The position numbers and the translations under genes are program-made. Shown here piece by piece: positions 19,323 to 28,425 of a stretch of 41,325 nucleotides of DNA (position 1 is the stretch's first letter; each line of letters begins with the position of its first letter). Source of the DNA: Gammaproteobacteria bacterium (GTDB lineage Bacteria > Pseudomonadota > Gammaproteobacteria > Arenicellales > Poriferihabitantaceae); NCBI GenBank assembly GCA_012103395.1, contig WLWV01000002.1, forward strand, positions 1-41,325. The letters are read 5' to 3'. The notes under the pieces were generated by a model, which was given only the letters and a program-made list of their open reading frames with translations, was not told the origin of the DNA and ran no database searches.

Positions 19323-20197
19323 TACAGGATCATCCTAAACGAGATTTGCTAATTGCTTTTGTTGACGGTGAGCTTGATGCTGACCAGGAACGGGAGATCA
19401 ACCGGCTCATTAAACTGGACCCAGACGCTGAGAAGTTTGTTGAACTATTATGGCGCTCTGCATTACCTTATTCGGAAGCTTTTGAATCGCTACTATCGTT
19501 GCCTGTGCCTAATAAAGCCAAGGATGCCATAGAGCCAGATCGAGAGAGCCTCAAAAAAACGAGTAACGATCGTTTTAGTAGTGCTTCGTATAATGCGGCC
19601 GCTGGTCAATCGAATTCGGTTCAGCCGAGTTCGAGTCAACCCAGGTTTTTTCCAAATGATCGTTTTTCGTTGCCCCTGTGGTTGGGTGTTACTGCTGGTT
19701 TTGCGACAGGGGTTTTTATGACCGTACTATTGTCTGGTTGGGTGTTTTCGTCACGACCCTCAACATTCGTCGATAGCGTGAGTCAGTATCAAAGTCTTTA
19801 CCAGCGAGAGACGGTGGTGAACGCTAGAGTAGACGTTCCAGCGCTAAAAGAAATGATGCTTCAGCAGCTGGGGAGAAACATAACCATACCGGATTTTAGT
19901 GATCAGGGGTTGGAATTTAAACGAGGTCAGTTATTGCAAATGAGCGGTAAGCCGCTTATTCAATTAGTCTATTTGGGAAGTGATGGATTGCCGTTGGCTT
20001 TGTGCATTACCCCCTCAGACACGACCGGTGGTGAGACTGTGTCAGCCCTAAGTAAGCGTGTTCCAGAGTTTGGTGAGCGACACGGTTTAAATTATGGGCA
20101 TTGGCAGAAAGCGGGCTTGGACTTCGTCATCGTGGGGGATGATTCAGTTTCCGTCTCGGCGGCAACTAGGCAGTCTATCTCTACGATGGAAATTTGA
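19316..20197 (+). CDS. Membrane-spanning anti-sigma factor (non-zinc ASD)
   Basis: The ATG overlaps the sigma stop (ATGCTAG). The N-terminal 'LLIAFVDGELDADQEREINRLIKLDPDA' is anti-sigma-like but lacks the HxxxCxxC cysteines. One TM helix, 'LPLWLGVTAGFATGVFMTVLLSGWVF', is followed by a periplasmic domain of roughly 140 aa. Confidence 0.7.
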   Translation: MLVQDHPKRDLLIAFVDGELDADQEREINRLIKLDPDAEKFVELLWRSALPYSEAFESLLSLPVPNKAKDAIEPDRESLKKTSNDRFSSASYNAAAGQSNSVQPSSSQPRFFPNDRFSLPLWLGVTAGFATGVFMTVLLSGWVFSSRPSTFVDSVSQYQSLYQRETVVNARVDVPALKEMMLQQLGRNITIPDFSDQGLEFKRGQLLQMSGKPLIQLVYLGSDGLPLALCITPSDTTGGETVSALSKRVPEFGERHGLNYGHWQKAGLDFVIVGDDSVSVSAATRQSISTMEI

Positions 20198-20246
20198 TTT
20201 TTTGTGGCCATGAAATTCCCCGACGTTAATTCAGGAGTAAATCACG

Positions 20247-20888
20247 ATGTATAAATTATATTGGGCAGAGAGCACCGGCGCATTTGTTGTGCATGCGGCA
20301 CTCAATGAGTGTGGAGCGAAATACGAATTGGTGCCCCTTGATTACGACAACAATGAACACAAGAAGGAGCCTTATACCAAGATTAATCCCACCGGCGAAA
20401 TACCTGCACTGATTTTGCCGGATGGTACGGTGTTAACAGAAACCGTTGCAATGACGTTACATCTGGCGGAAGCGTTTCCCGATGCAGGCTTATTGCCTCC
20501 TCTAGGTACAAGTGAAAGGGCAATGGCTTATCGTTGGTTGCTTTATATGGCGACGAATACATACATGCATGATTTACGCTACTATTATCCGGAACGTTAT
20601 ACAATGAATGAGGGCCAGGCTGACGGAGTAAAAACCGCAGGACTCGCACTAATGGAGCGTAGCTTGGGTACGTTGGATGACGCATTGAAGGGGCAATCCT
20701 ATCTAGCGGGAACGCAAATGAGCATCGCGGATACATACCTCGGTATGATGAGTATGTGGCATCCCGACGGCGATGCGTATATGGATAAGTTATCGAATGT
20801 TCAACGGGTGGTGAACGCCGTTAAATCCCGGCCGTCGATGACGGAAGTCTGGCATCTGAATTTCCCGGAAAGCCAGTCCAACGATTGA
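20247..20888 (+). CDS. Glutathione S-transferase family protein
   Basis: 213 aa. N-terminal thioredoxin-like 'KINPTGEIPALILPDG' and a helical C-terminal domain. AGGAG lies upstream of the ATG. Confidence 0.85.
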   Translation: MYKLYWAESTGAFVVHAALNECGAKYELVPLDYDNNEHKKEPYTKINPTGEIPALILPDGTVLTETVAMTLHLAEAFPDAGLLPPLGTSERAMAYRWLLYMATNTYMHDLRYYYPERYTMNEGQADGVKTAGLALMERSLGTLDDALKGQSYLAGTQMSIADTYLGMMSMWHPDGDAYMDKLSNVQRVVNAVKSRPSMTEVWHLNFPESQSND

Positions 20889-20900
20889 GTGCATTGCGTA

Positions 20901-22523
20901 TCAAATTTCTTGGTTGTTGCTACGTAAAATGTCGGCCGAAATTTTTTCGGCTAGCATCAAAACCGGAGCATTGATATTTCCACTGGTGATACTGGGCATA
21001 ATGGAGGCATCGACTATCCGTAGGCGTTGTACTCCATTGACCCGTCCCGATCCATCCACGACAGAAAGCTCATCTTTCCCCATTTTGCAGGTGCAGGAAG
21101 GGTGTTTGGTTGAGCCCATTGTTTGCCGTATGTATGTCTCCAACGCTTCATCGGATACGGCATCGGTTCCAGGTTCGCACTCGCTTCCCAAAAAGTCTTG
21201 AAAAGCCGGTGCGGAAAAAATGGCCCTTGATTTTGCAATGCCGGATTTCAGATCCACCAGATCCTGAGTTTCTTTTAGGTAGTTGAAAAGAATGGATGGG
21301 GCCACATTAGGATCTTTTTCTTTTAGTCGAATTTGCCCTTTACTCTTGGGTCGTAGAAGGCTAATGGTCGTTTGAAACCCATGAGTGTCGTTATAGGCTT
21401 TGCCATCTCGCCTGACCAGCAGAGGGATAAACACAATTTGTAGGTCAGGGTGTTCGACATCATCCCGGGAGTTAACATAGCCCGCGACCTCAAAATGATT
21501 TGTTGCACCTAATCCTTGTTTGGTGAACAGCCATTGAATCCCCAGCATGGCTTTGCGCCAAGGTTTGAGATAGGGCGTGGTGGTGATCGGTTGTCGCGAT
21601 TCATATTGGAGGCTCACTTCTGCGTGGTCCTGTAGATTTTCCCCAACGCCTGGGAGATCTCGGAGGACCTTGATATTCATGCTTTTTAGATGTTGGGCGG
21701 GGCCGATGCCAGATAACATCAGAATCTGAGGAGTGTTGATTGCTCCCGCGCTGAGAATGATCTCCTGGTGTGCTTTAAAAAACACAATCTCGCCGTTGTA
21801 AGATACTTCTACTTCCTGAGCGACCTGGGTATTGTTGGTTTGCCGTGTTAATCCGATACGATTCGTGTGAGCGTGGTTTAGGATTGTTAAATTGGGTCGT
21901 GATGAAATGGGGTGCAAATAGGCACTAGCGGCGCTTTCTCTTTGACCGTTCCGAATGGTTTGCTCCATTTCGGCGAAACCTTCTTGGTTTCTACCATTGG
22001 TGTCTTTCGAGATCGGATGACCGATTTGTTCACAGGCCTTAAGGAAGACGTCACACAATGGATTTGAAAACAGTGGCGACAGCACATTAACCGGGCCGCC
22101 GGCACCACGAAATTCGTTTTCCCCTTTGCTGAAGTTCTCGAGCTTTTTAAAATACGGCAAACATTGAGCATAAGACCATTCATCGTATCCCGATTCAGTT
22201 GCCCAACGATCAAAATCACGACGATGTCCGCGCACAAACGACATTGAATTGATGGAAGAGGAGCCGCCGGTCACTCTCCCCCTAGGGCAGTGAATAAGGC
22301 GGTCGCTAATGTACGGTTCTTTTTCGCCATAATATCCCCAGTCAAATCGCTGATCGGTCGCTGCATAGATAAATGCGGTGGGCATACTGATAAAAAGGCT
22401 GTTGTCCACAGGCCCCGCTTCGAGGAGTAGCACCTGATTGTTTCTGTCAGCCGAGAGCCTATTCGCGAGCACGCAGCCTGCAGATCCTGCGCCGATAATG
22501 ATAAAGTCGTATGCGGTTTCCAC
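20901..22523 (-). CDS. GMC-family FAD oxidoreductase (choline dehydrogenase-like)
   Basis: 540 aa. 'DFIIIGAGSAGCVLANRLS' ADP-binding motif, 'GRVTGGSSSINSM' and a C-terminal 'STKHPSCTCKMG' active-site block. Confidence 0.9.
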   Translation of the reverse strand: METAYDFIIIGAGSAGCVLANRLSADRNNQVLLLEAGPVDNSLFISMPTAFIYAATDQRFDWGYYGEKEPYISDRLIHCPRGRVTGGSSSINSMSFVRGHRRDFDRWATESGYDEWSYAQCLPYFKKLENFSKGENEFRGAGGPVNVLSPLFSNPLCDVFLKACEQIGHPISKDTNGRNQEGFAEMEQTIRNGQRESAASAYLHPISSRPNLTILNHAHTNRIGLTRQTNNTQVAQEVEVSYNGEIVFFKAHQEIILSAGAINTPQILMLSGIGPAQHLKSMNIKVLRDLPGVGENLQDHAEVSLQYESRQPITTTPYLKPWRKAMLGIQWLFTKQGLGATNHFEVAGYVNSRDDVEHPDLQIVFIPLLVRRDGKAYNDTHGFQTTISLLRPKSKGQIRLKEKDPNVAPSILFNYLKETQDLVDLKSGIAKSRAIFSAPAFQDFLGSECEPGTDAVSDEALETYIRQTMGSTKHPSCTCKMGKDELSVVDGSGRVNGVQRLRIVDASIMPSITSGNINAPVLMLAEKISADILRSNNQEI

Positions 22524-22726
22524 AATGTCACAAAGTTGAGGGTTGAATACGATGACAACGCTTTTATTGGCGTGCCTTCTAGTCTAAGATAATCTAGACA
22601 ATCAATGTGAGCATAAAATAAACCAGCGCTTGATTGCGAAACTTCACAATAGCCCTGTCCTAATTACACTATGGGTGTGTATAGTATGGGCGTGAGACCC
22701 GTGTCTCAATCTTGCCTATTTTACCG

Positions 22727-22761
22727 CTCAACTTGATTCGCCCAGACTTATTCAGAGGCTC
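22727..22761 (+). repeat. 35-bp conserved element, copy B, containing CAACTT-N17-TCAGA
   Basis: CTCAACTTGATTCGCCCAGACTTATTCAGAGGCTC ends 64 nt upstream of the DapA-like start. The putative -35 is at 22729-22734 and the putative -10 at 22752-22756. Confidence 0.85.
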
Positions 22762-22825
22762 TCTTATCAATACGATGAGGTCGGAGACCACTTCTAAACC
22801 ATCATCTCCAGAACCAATAAACTAA

Positions 22826-23692
22826 ATGAATAAACTGTCCGGTATTTGTACACCAATTTGCACCATTTTTACTGAAGATGGTAGTCGAATCGATGAGTCT
22901 GCACAATCTGCCCATGTGGAAACCCTAATCGAAGCCGGTGTCCACGTGATTGCGGTGTGTGGTGGTACCGGGGAGTTTTCATTTCTGTCTCGTCAGGAAC
23001 GCCTCGATTTGACTGAGCTGGTTGCAAGGAAAATTGATGGAAGAACGAAACTAATCGTCCATGTTTCTGCGGTTATGACTGAAGAAACCATTGAATATGC
23101 TAAGCATGCCCAAGGGGTAGGGGCTGATTGTTTGCTGGTGCTGCCTCCCTATTTTGAAGGACCCACCATGGCGGGTTGTTATGAACACTATGCCAAAGTC
23201 GCTGATTCTGTCGATGTGGATATCATGGCTTACAACATCCCAGTGCATTCTGGAATCGACTTATCGGTTGAGTTTTGCCAGCAGTTGATGGAGATTGACA
23301 ACATTAACTACCTGAAAGACAGTACAGGTGACTTCATCCGACTTCAGCAACTGACCACCGCAGGGATTCGATTGTTTAATGGTGCCGATCCTTTGATGTT
23401 GCACGGATTAATGGCAGATGCTGAGGGCTGTTTCTGGGGTACATCCAATGCGCTTCCAAAAGAAGCCGTTAAATTGTATGACCTTTGTCAACAGGGACTA
23501 TGGGATGATGCTATGGCATTGTGGCATCGAATTCACGGGGTTAACGATTTTATTTGGAATAACCCGTTTAATCCTTCAGTCAAGGCATTAGGTAATTTGC
23601 TTGGGCACAATCTCGGGTTATGTCGAAGACCTGTACAGCCTTTGACGGAAGAAGAAATGGGGCGGCTGAAACAGGCTGTGAGTTTCTTATAG
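22826..23692 (+). CDS. DapA/DHDPS-family lyase, likely 1-pyrroline-4-hydroxy-2-carboxylate deaminase
   Basis: 288 aa. 'VCGGTGEFSFLS', 'AYNIP' and 'NYLKDSTGD' (Schiff-base Lys). The functional guess comes from the adjacent D-amino-acid dehydrogenase and hydroxyproline epimerase genes. Confidence 0.8.
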   Translation: MNKLSGICTPICTIFTEDGSRIDESAQSAHVETLIEAGVHVIAVCGGTGEFSFLSRQERLDLTELVARKIDGRTKLIVHVSAVMTEETIEYAKHAQGVGADCLLVLPPYFEGPTMAGCYEHYAKVADSVDVDIMAYNIPVHSGIDLSVEFCQQLMEIDNINYLKDSTGDFIRLQQLTTAGIRLFNGADPLMLHGLMADAEGCFWGTSNALPKEAVKLYDLCQQGLWDDAMALWHRIHGVNDFIWNNPFNPSVKALGNLLGHNLGLCRRPVQPLTEEEMGRLKQAVSFL

Positions 23693-23732
23693 GTAGTCAT
23701 TGTGTGGTTTACATTCAAATGGGGAAGCATGA

Positions 23733-24986
23733 TTGTTAGGTGATAAGCCTCATTGCACCGTGGTCGGTGCTGGCATTGTTGGAATTACCATTGGGATTGA
23801 TCTTTTGCAGCGTGGTTTTTCGGTCACTCTGATTGATCCGAATGGCCCAGCCAGTATGACGTCTAGCGGAAACGCTGGAGGCTTTGGGGTCACTGAAGTA
23901 ATGCCTGTGGCTGGGCCTGGGATGGTGTGGCGAATACCCAGTTGGCTAATGGATCCACGAGGGCCCTTAGCTATTCGTTGGAAACACTTGCCTGCGATTT
24001 ATCCCTGGCTGGCACATTTTCTGAAAGTGAGCAAACGGGAAGAAGTGAATCGTATTGCGGGCGTTATGAGCGGGTTTCTGGCGGAGTGCATGACAGATAG
24101 CCGAAAGTTATTCGTTGATGCCGGCTTGGCACACTTATTGACGGAAAAAGGGGCGTTAACGGTCTATCGCTCACGGGCCGCATTTGTGAAAGATCGATTG
24201 GAATGGGAGGTCAAGCAGAAGCATGGTATTCGCCTTGAATATCTAAACCAGCAGCAGATCAATGAAATGGAGCCAGCCCTTGTTAACGCAAATCACGGTT
24301 GGTTTACGCCGGATTGGTGTAACACAATTGATCCTTATCGATTGGGGGTGGGATTGTTTTCTTGGTATCAGCGCTTGGGTGGGAAAAGTGTAAAAGACGA
24401 AGTCGTCAGGTTTTCCACGGAGGGTAGTTATCCCGATGGGGTGATAATGAAGTCAGGAGCTTCATTAGCGTCGGATAGAATCGTGATTGCTGCAGGCGCT
24501 TGGTCGAAATCGTTGTGCCATCAGTTGGGGGAGCGTGTTTTGCTTGAATCTGAAAGGGGGTATAACGCCACGCTTCCTGATCCAAATGTGTATCTCGATA
24601 AACAAGTTATCTTCGGAGAAGAAAAATTTGTTATCAGTAACATAGGTAACGGAATACGGATTGGTGGCGCTGCGGAGTTTGCTGGTCTGGATGCACCACC
24701 CAATTACCGGCGCAGTGAGCGACTAGTTGAGATCGCAAAAACGTATTTACCAAAACTCAATTCTCAAGGCAGTCAAAATTGGATGGGTCATAGACCATCA
24801 ACTCCAGATTCGATGCCGGTGATTAGCCCGTCGGAGAAATATCCCCATGTGTATTATGCTTTTGGTCATGGACACCTTGGTTTGACCATGGCGGCAACCA
24901 CAGCGAAATTATTAGGGCAAATGATGGTGGCTAAAAAACCAGCGTTCAACCCATTGCCGTTCCATATCAATCGATTTAGTCGTTAG
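23733..24986 (+). CDS. FAD-dependent D-amino-acid (D-hydroxyproline) dehydrogenase-like oxidoreductase
   Basis: 417 aa with a TTG start. 'VVGAGIVGITIGIDLLQRGFSVTLID' GxGxxG motif and DadA/DAO-like length. Confidence 0.8.
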   Translation: MLGDKPHCTVVGAGIVGITIGIDLLQRGFSVTLIDPNGPASMTSSGNAGGFGVTEVMPVAGPGMVWRIPSWLMDPRGPLAIRWKHLPAIYPWLAHFLKVSKREEVNRIAGVMSGFLAECMTDSRKLFVDAGLAHLLTEKGALTVYRSRAAFVKDRLEWEVKQKHGIRLEYLNQQQINEMEPALVNANHGWFTPDWCNTIDPYRLGVGLFSWYQRLGGKSVKDEVVRFSTEGSYPDGVIMKSGASLASDRIVIAAGAWSKSLCHQLGERVLLESERGYNATLPDPNVYLDKQVIFGEEKFVISNIGNGIRIGGAAEFAGLDAPPNYRRSERLVEIAKTYLPKLNSQGSQNWMGHRPSTPDSMPVISPSEKYPHVYYAFGHGHLGLTMAATTAKLLGQMMVAKKPAFNPLPFHINRFSR

Positions 24987-25046
24987 CTTTTCGTTCGATG
25001 GTCGTTTTGTCATCGTTGATTTCAGATTAGAGTTTTCGAAATAGAA

Positions 25047-26048
25047 ATGAAAAAACAGATATTTCATTGTATTGATGCACATACCTGCGGGAATCCCGTA
25101 CGTGTGGTAACTGACAACGGGCCAATGCTGAATGGTGAGACCATGACAGAAAAGCGCCAAGATTTTCTTGATCGTTATGACTGGATTAGAACTGGCTTGA
25201 TGTTCGAGCCCCGTGGGCATGATGCGATGTCTGGGTCGATTATTTATCCGCCGATAGCTCCAGATAGTGATTTATCAATCCTTTTCATCGAGGTTAGCGG
25301 GTGTTTGCCAATGTGTGGACATGGCACCATTGGAACAATAACAGTTGCCATTGAGTACGGGTTGGTTACCCCCCAAACCCCTGGTTTTCTAAGGCTCGAT
25401 ACCCCGGCAGGGTTGGTTGAAGCGCGATATACCATGGATGGCGATTATGTTGATTCGGTGGAGCTGACGAATGTTTTTTCTTTTTTGCATTCCCGCGAAA
25501 TACATATCGAAGTGCCTGAGCTTGGCAAGTTAACGCTGGATGTCAGCTATGGCGGAAACTTTTATGCAATCGTTGAACCACAGAAAAACTATCAAGGGTT
25601 GGACCATTTTACTGTGGACGAAATTCGACGATTTAGCCCTGAAATAAGAAGGCTGGTGAACGAATCTGCTGAGTTTGTTCATCCTGAGAATTCTTCGATC
25701 ACAGGGGTAAGTCATGTCATGTGGACTGATCGCCCAAAGGCCAAAGAAGCGGACGCACGTAATGCCGTTTTCTACGGAGACCGAGGAATTGACCGCTCTC
25801 CCTGTGGCACTGGTACTTCCGCTCGAATGGCGCAGCGAGTCTCCCGTGGAGAACAGGAAATAGGGCAGCGGTTCGTGCATGAGAGCATTATCGGCAGTAT
25901 GTTTACTGGCTGCGCAAGTCAACGTGTTGTTTTGGAAGGTATCCAGGGGATTATTCCCACTGTTGCGGGTTGGGCTAGAGTGACGGGGGAAAACAGAATT
26001 ATTATTGATGAGCGTGACCCATACGCCAAGGGATTCTTGCTTGGGTAG
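25047..26048 (+). CDS. Proline racemase-family 4-hydroxyproline 2-epimerase
   Basis: 333 aa. Both catalytic Cys motifs are present, 'LPMCGHGTIG' and 'DRSPCGTGTSA', which indicates a true epimerase/racemase rather than a dehydratase-type member. Confidence 0.9.
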   Translation: MKKQIFHCIDAHTCGNPVRVVTDNGPMLNGETMTEKRQDFLDRYDWIRTGLMFEPRGHDAMSGSIIYPPIAPDSDLSILFIEVSGCLPMCGHGTIGTITVAIEYGLVTPQTPGFLRLDTPAGLVEARYTMDGDYVDSVELTNVFSFLHSREIHIEVPELGKLTLDVSYGGNFYAIVEPQKNYQGLDHFTVDEIRRFSPEIRRLVNESAEFVHPENSSITGVSHVMWTDRPKAKEADARNAVFYGDRGIDRSPCGTGTSARMAQRVSRGEQEIGQRFVHESIIGSMFTGCASQRVVLEGIQGIIPTVAGWARVTGENRIIIDERDPYAKGFLLG

Positions 26049-26077
26049 AAGAGGTAAGGGAAAACAGGTGATGAATG

Positions 26078-26117
26078 AAGCCTAGTATTTCCATTGTGAT
26101 GGTTTCCATAGGCTTTT
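26078..26117 (+). terminator. Possible rho-independent terminator after the epimerase gene
   Basis: AAGCCTA (26078-26084) pairs with TAGGCTT (26109-26115), with an inner CCAT/ATGG pair, followed by TT. The loop is large, so the structure is weak. Confidence 0.3.
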
Positions 26118-26413
26118 GAGTCTGCTTTTCACGAGTTAACTGTGAGGAGCGAAACAATGATCAAAAAACTGGGATAGTCCATCGTGCGAAATAAAATTGA
26201 GATAGCTTTCGCTGCCGGGAATGGTGATTGGTGGTTCAGGTCCGCTGAAAGACAAAAGTAGGTGTGTTGGCCTTCGATTTGCTTTCCACGGCTGTTCTGT
26301 GGGGAAGGAAAACCGTTATAATAGGGACTAAGGCCAGGCGGAAAATGGATTGGTGCTTGAGAATTCCCTCCTGATGCTGTTTCTTTTTACCTCTCATATT
26401 ATTTCTATTCAGT

Positions 26414-27358
26414 GTGAATATTGCTGACCAAAAAATAGCCGTCCTCATTCCGTGCCTTAACGAAGAAGCAACAGTCACAACGGTGGTTCGAGACTTCAAA
26501 ACACAATTGCCTGAGGCAAGCATCTATGTGTTTGACAACGGCTCTGAAGACAGAACTGCGGCATTGGCTGAAGAAGCGGGCGCAACGGTAGTCACGGTGT
26601 CCAGAAGAGGGAAAGGTAATGTTGTCCGAGCTATGTTTCGCAAAATTGACGCGGACATTTATGTCATGATGGACGGTGATGCGACTTATTTGGCGACAGA
26701 TATCCATAAACTTCTGGAACCGATTGTTAACAATCAGGCAGACATGGTGGTGGGGGATCGTATTTCCTCGTCAGCGTATGACAAACAAAATACGCGACCC
26801 TTTCACAGCTCGGGAAACAAGCTTGTTAGATCGCTTATTAATGTATTATTTGGTGCCCAATGTAGTGACATTTTAAGTGGATATCGTGTATTTACTCGAT
26901 GCTTTGTTGAGAACTTTCCAACCATTAGCGAAGGGTTTGAAATTGAGACAGAGTTAACATTACATGCATTAGATCGTAAGGTCGAGTTCGTGCAAATTCC
27001 CATCGAATACAATGAACGACCCACAGGAAGTGAATCCAAGTTGAATACATTCTCAGATGGTTTTCGTATTATTAAAACCATTGCCATGGTGTTTAAAAAT
27101 TACCGGCCGCTACTTTTCTTCGGAATGCTAGCATTGGTTTTCGCTTTGACCGGACTGGTATTCGGTGCATTTCCAGTCATAGAGTATTTGCAGGAGGGGT
27201 ATGTGCACAAAGTGCCCAAAGCGATGCTTGCTGCTTCATTGGAATTGCTGGCAATGTTGTCCTTGGTTTGTGGCTTGGTGCTTGATACCTCTGTGAGGCA
27301 ACATCGGGAAATGCTTGAATTGAGAATGATCGACTATTTACGCCGCCATCCCAGATAA
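26414..27358 (+). CDS. GT2 glycosyltransferase with two C-terminal TM helices (GtrB/ArnC/DPM1-like polyprenyl-phosphate sugar synthase)
   Basis: 314 aa with a GTG start. 'IAVLIPCLNEE', 'VFDNGSEDRT' and 'DGDATY' (DxD). Two C-terminal hydrophobic helices: 'LLFFGMLALVFALTGLVFGAF' and 'AMLAASLELLAMLSLVCGLVL'. Confidence 0.85.
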   Translation: MNIADQKIAVLIPCLNEEATVTTVVRDFKTQLPEASIYVFDNGSEDRTAALAEEAGATVVTVSRRGKGNVVRAMFRKIDADIYVMMDGDATYLATDIHKLLEPIVNNQADMVVGDRISSSAYDKQNTRPFHSSGNKLVRSLINVLFGAQCSDILSGYRVFTRCFVENFPTISEGFEIETELTLHALDRKVEFVQIPIEYNERPTGSESKLNTFSDGFRIIKTIAMVFKNYRPLLFFGMLALVFALTGLVFGAFPVIEYLQEGYVHKVPKAMLAASLELLAMLSLVCGLVLDTSVRQHREMLELRMIDYLRRHPR

Positions 27359-27541
27359 GCGCGGTTGTCAGATGTTAATTCCTAGACATTGATTCGATAA
27401 GCATTCGCCGCCCATCTCATACGCGTCGCTATTCGAGGCAGTTTGAATTATCGGGCACTTTGTGGGTCTAAAGGTTATTGAAAAGTACGGTATTGAACTG
27501 TGCCTAGTAGGCCTAACCTAATGCTTAAACCCATTTTTCCC

Positions 27542-28399
27542 ATGAGACTAAATAGCCGCTGCGTTCTGAGCAATATCATATTCTGCGCGAGCCTAATGAT
27601 GATTGGTCTATGGTCGCTCCTTGTACACCCCGCTTTTGCCTTTTTTGAGAAGAAGGAAATAACCGCATATTGGCAAACCCATTCCGAGGATTCGTCAGTG
27701 GAAATTGATCACACTACTTGGGGGGAGTTGTTGGTAACGTATGTTATGCAAGAAGACGGTGTGAACTTATTTGATTATGGCGCGGTGACGAAGCGTGATC
27801 GACACCGTTTGCAACAGTACCTTGATCTAATGCAAGCGGTTAAAGTAACCGAGCTGAATAGTGCGGAACAGCAGCCTTATTGGATCAATCTATATAATGC
27901 CTTAACCGTTTGGGTGATATTGGAACACTATCCTGTGGACAGTATCCTCGATATTTCCTATCAACTCCTGACCCGGGGACCATGGAGCGAGGCGTTGGTC
28001 GAAGTGGAGCAACAGAAGCTGAGTCTTGACAATATCGAGCATGATATTTTGCGGCCAATCTTCAAAGACAATCGAATTCACTATGCGGTCAACTGCGCTT
28101 CATACAGTTGCCCTAATCTTCAGTCGGAACCCTTTACCCGAAACAATCTAGAAAGATTGTTAGAACGCTCTGCTAGCGATTACATTCGCCACAAAAGGGC
28201 TGTCCACGTTCAAGGAGGTAAGCTGGTGGTCTCTCGCATTTACGACTGGTATCGCGATGACTTCGGTGTGAACGATGAAGATATTATTGTGCATCTTCGC
28301 AAGTATGCTCATAATGATCTGGTGATTCAGTTAAAGGACATTGTTATCATTTCTGGTTATGAATACGACTGGTCATTAAATGAACCAATGTCAGATTAG
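27542..28399 (+). CDS. Secreted DUF547-domain protein
   Basis: 'YWINLYNALTVWVILEHYP' and 'YAVNCASYSCPNL' match the DUF547 signature. The ATG at 27542 gives the signal peptide 'MRLNSRCVLSNIIFCASLMMIGLWSLLVHPAFA'. The maximal ORF starts at the GTG at 27500. Confidence 0.75.
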   Translation: MRLNSRCVLSNIIFCASLMMIGLWSLLVHPAFAFFEKKEITAYWQTHSEDSSVEIDHTTWGELLVTYVMQEDGVNLFDYGAVTKRDRHRLQQYLDLMQAVKVTELNSAEQQPYWINLYNALTVWVILEHYPVDSILDISYQLLTRGPWSEALVEVEQQKLSLDNIEHDILRPIFKDNRIHYAVNCASYSCPNLQSEPFTRNNLERLLERSASDYIRHKRAVHVQGGKLVVSRIYDWYRDDFGVNDEDIIVHLRKYAHNDLVIQLKDIVIISGYEYDWSLNEPMSD

Positions 28400-28425
28400 A
28401 AGAATTTGGCAGTAAACGAGCAAAT

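Noticed and set aside
17192-22761. The two 35-bp inverted copies could be terminal inverted repeats of a 5.6-kb transposon, or the arms of an invertible switch. The interval carries PRTase-2, DUF4399, the ECF sigma/anti-sigma pair, the GST and the GMC oxidoreductase.
   Set aside because: No transposase, recombinase or invertase lies inside or next to the interval. I see no target-site duplication: the flanks are '...cctctgagg' and 'tcttatcaa...'. The similarity extends inward rather than ending at a sharp inner boundary. Homologous inversion remains formally possible and is listed only as a test under the repeat finding.
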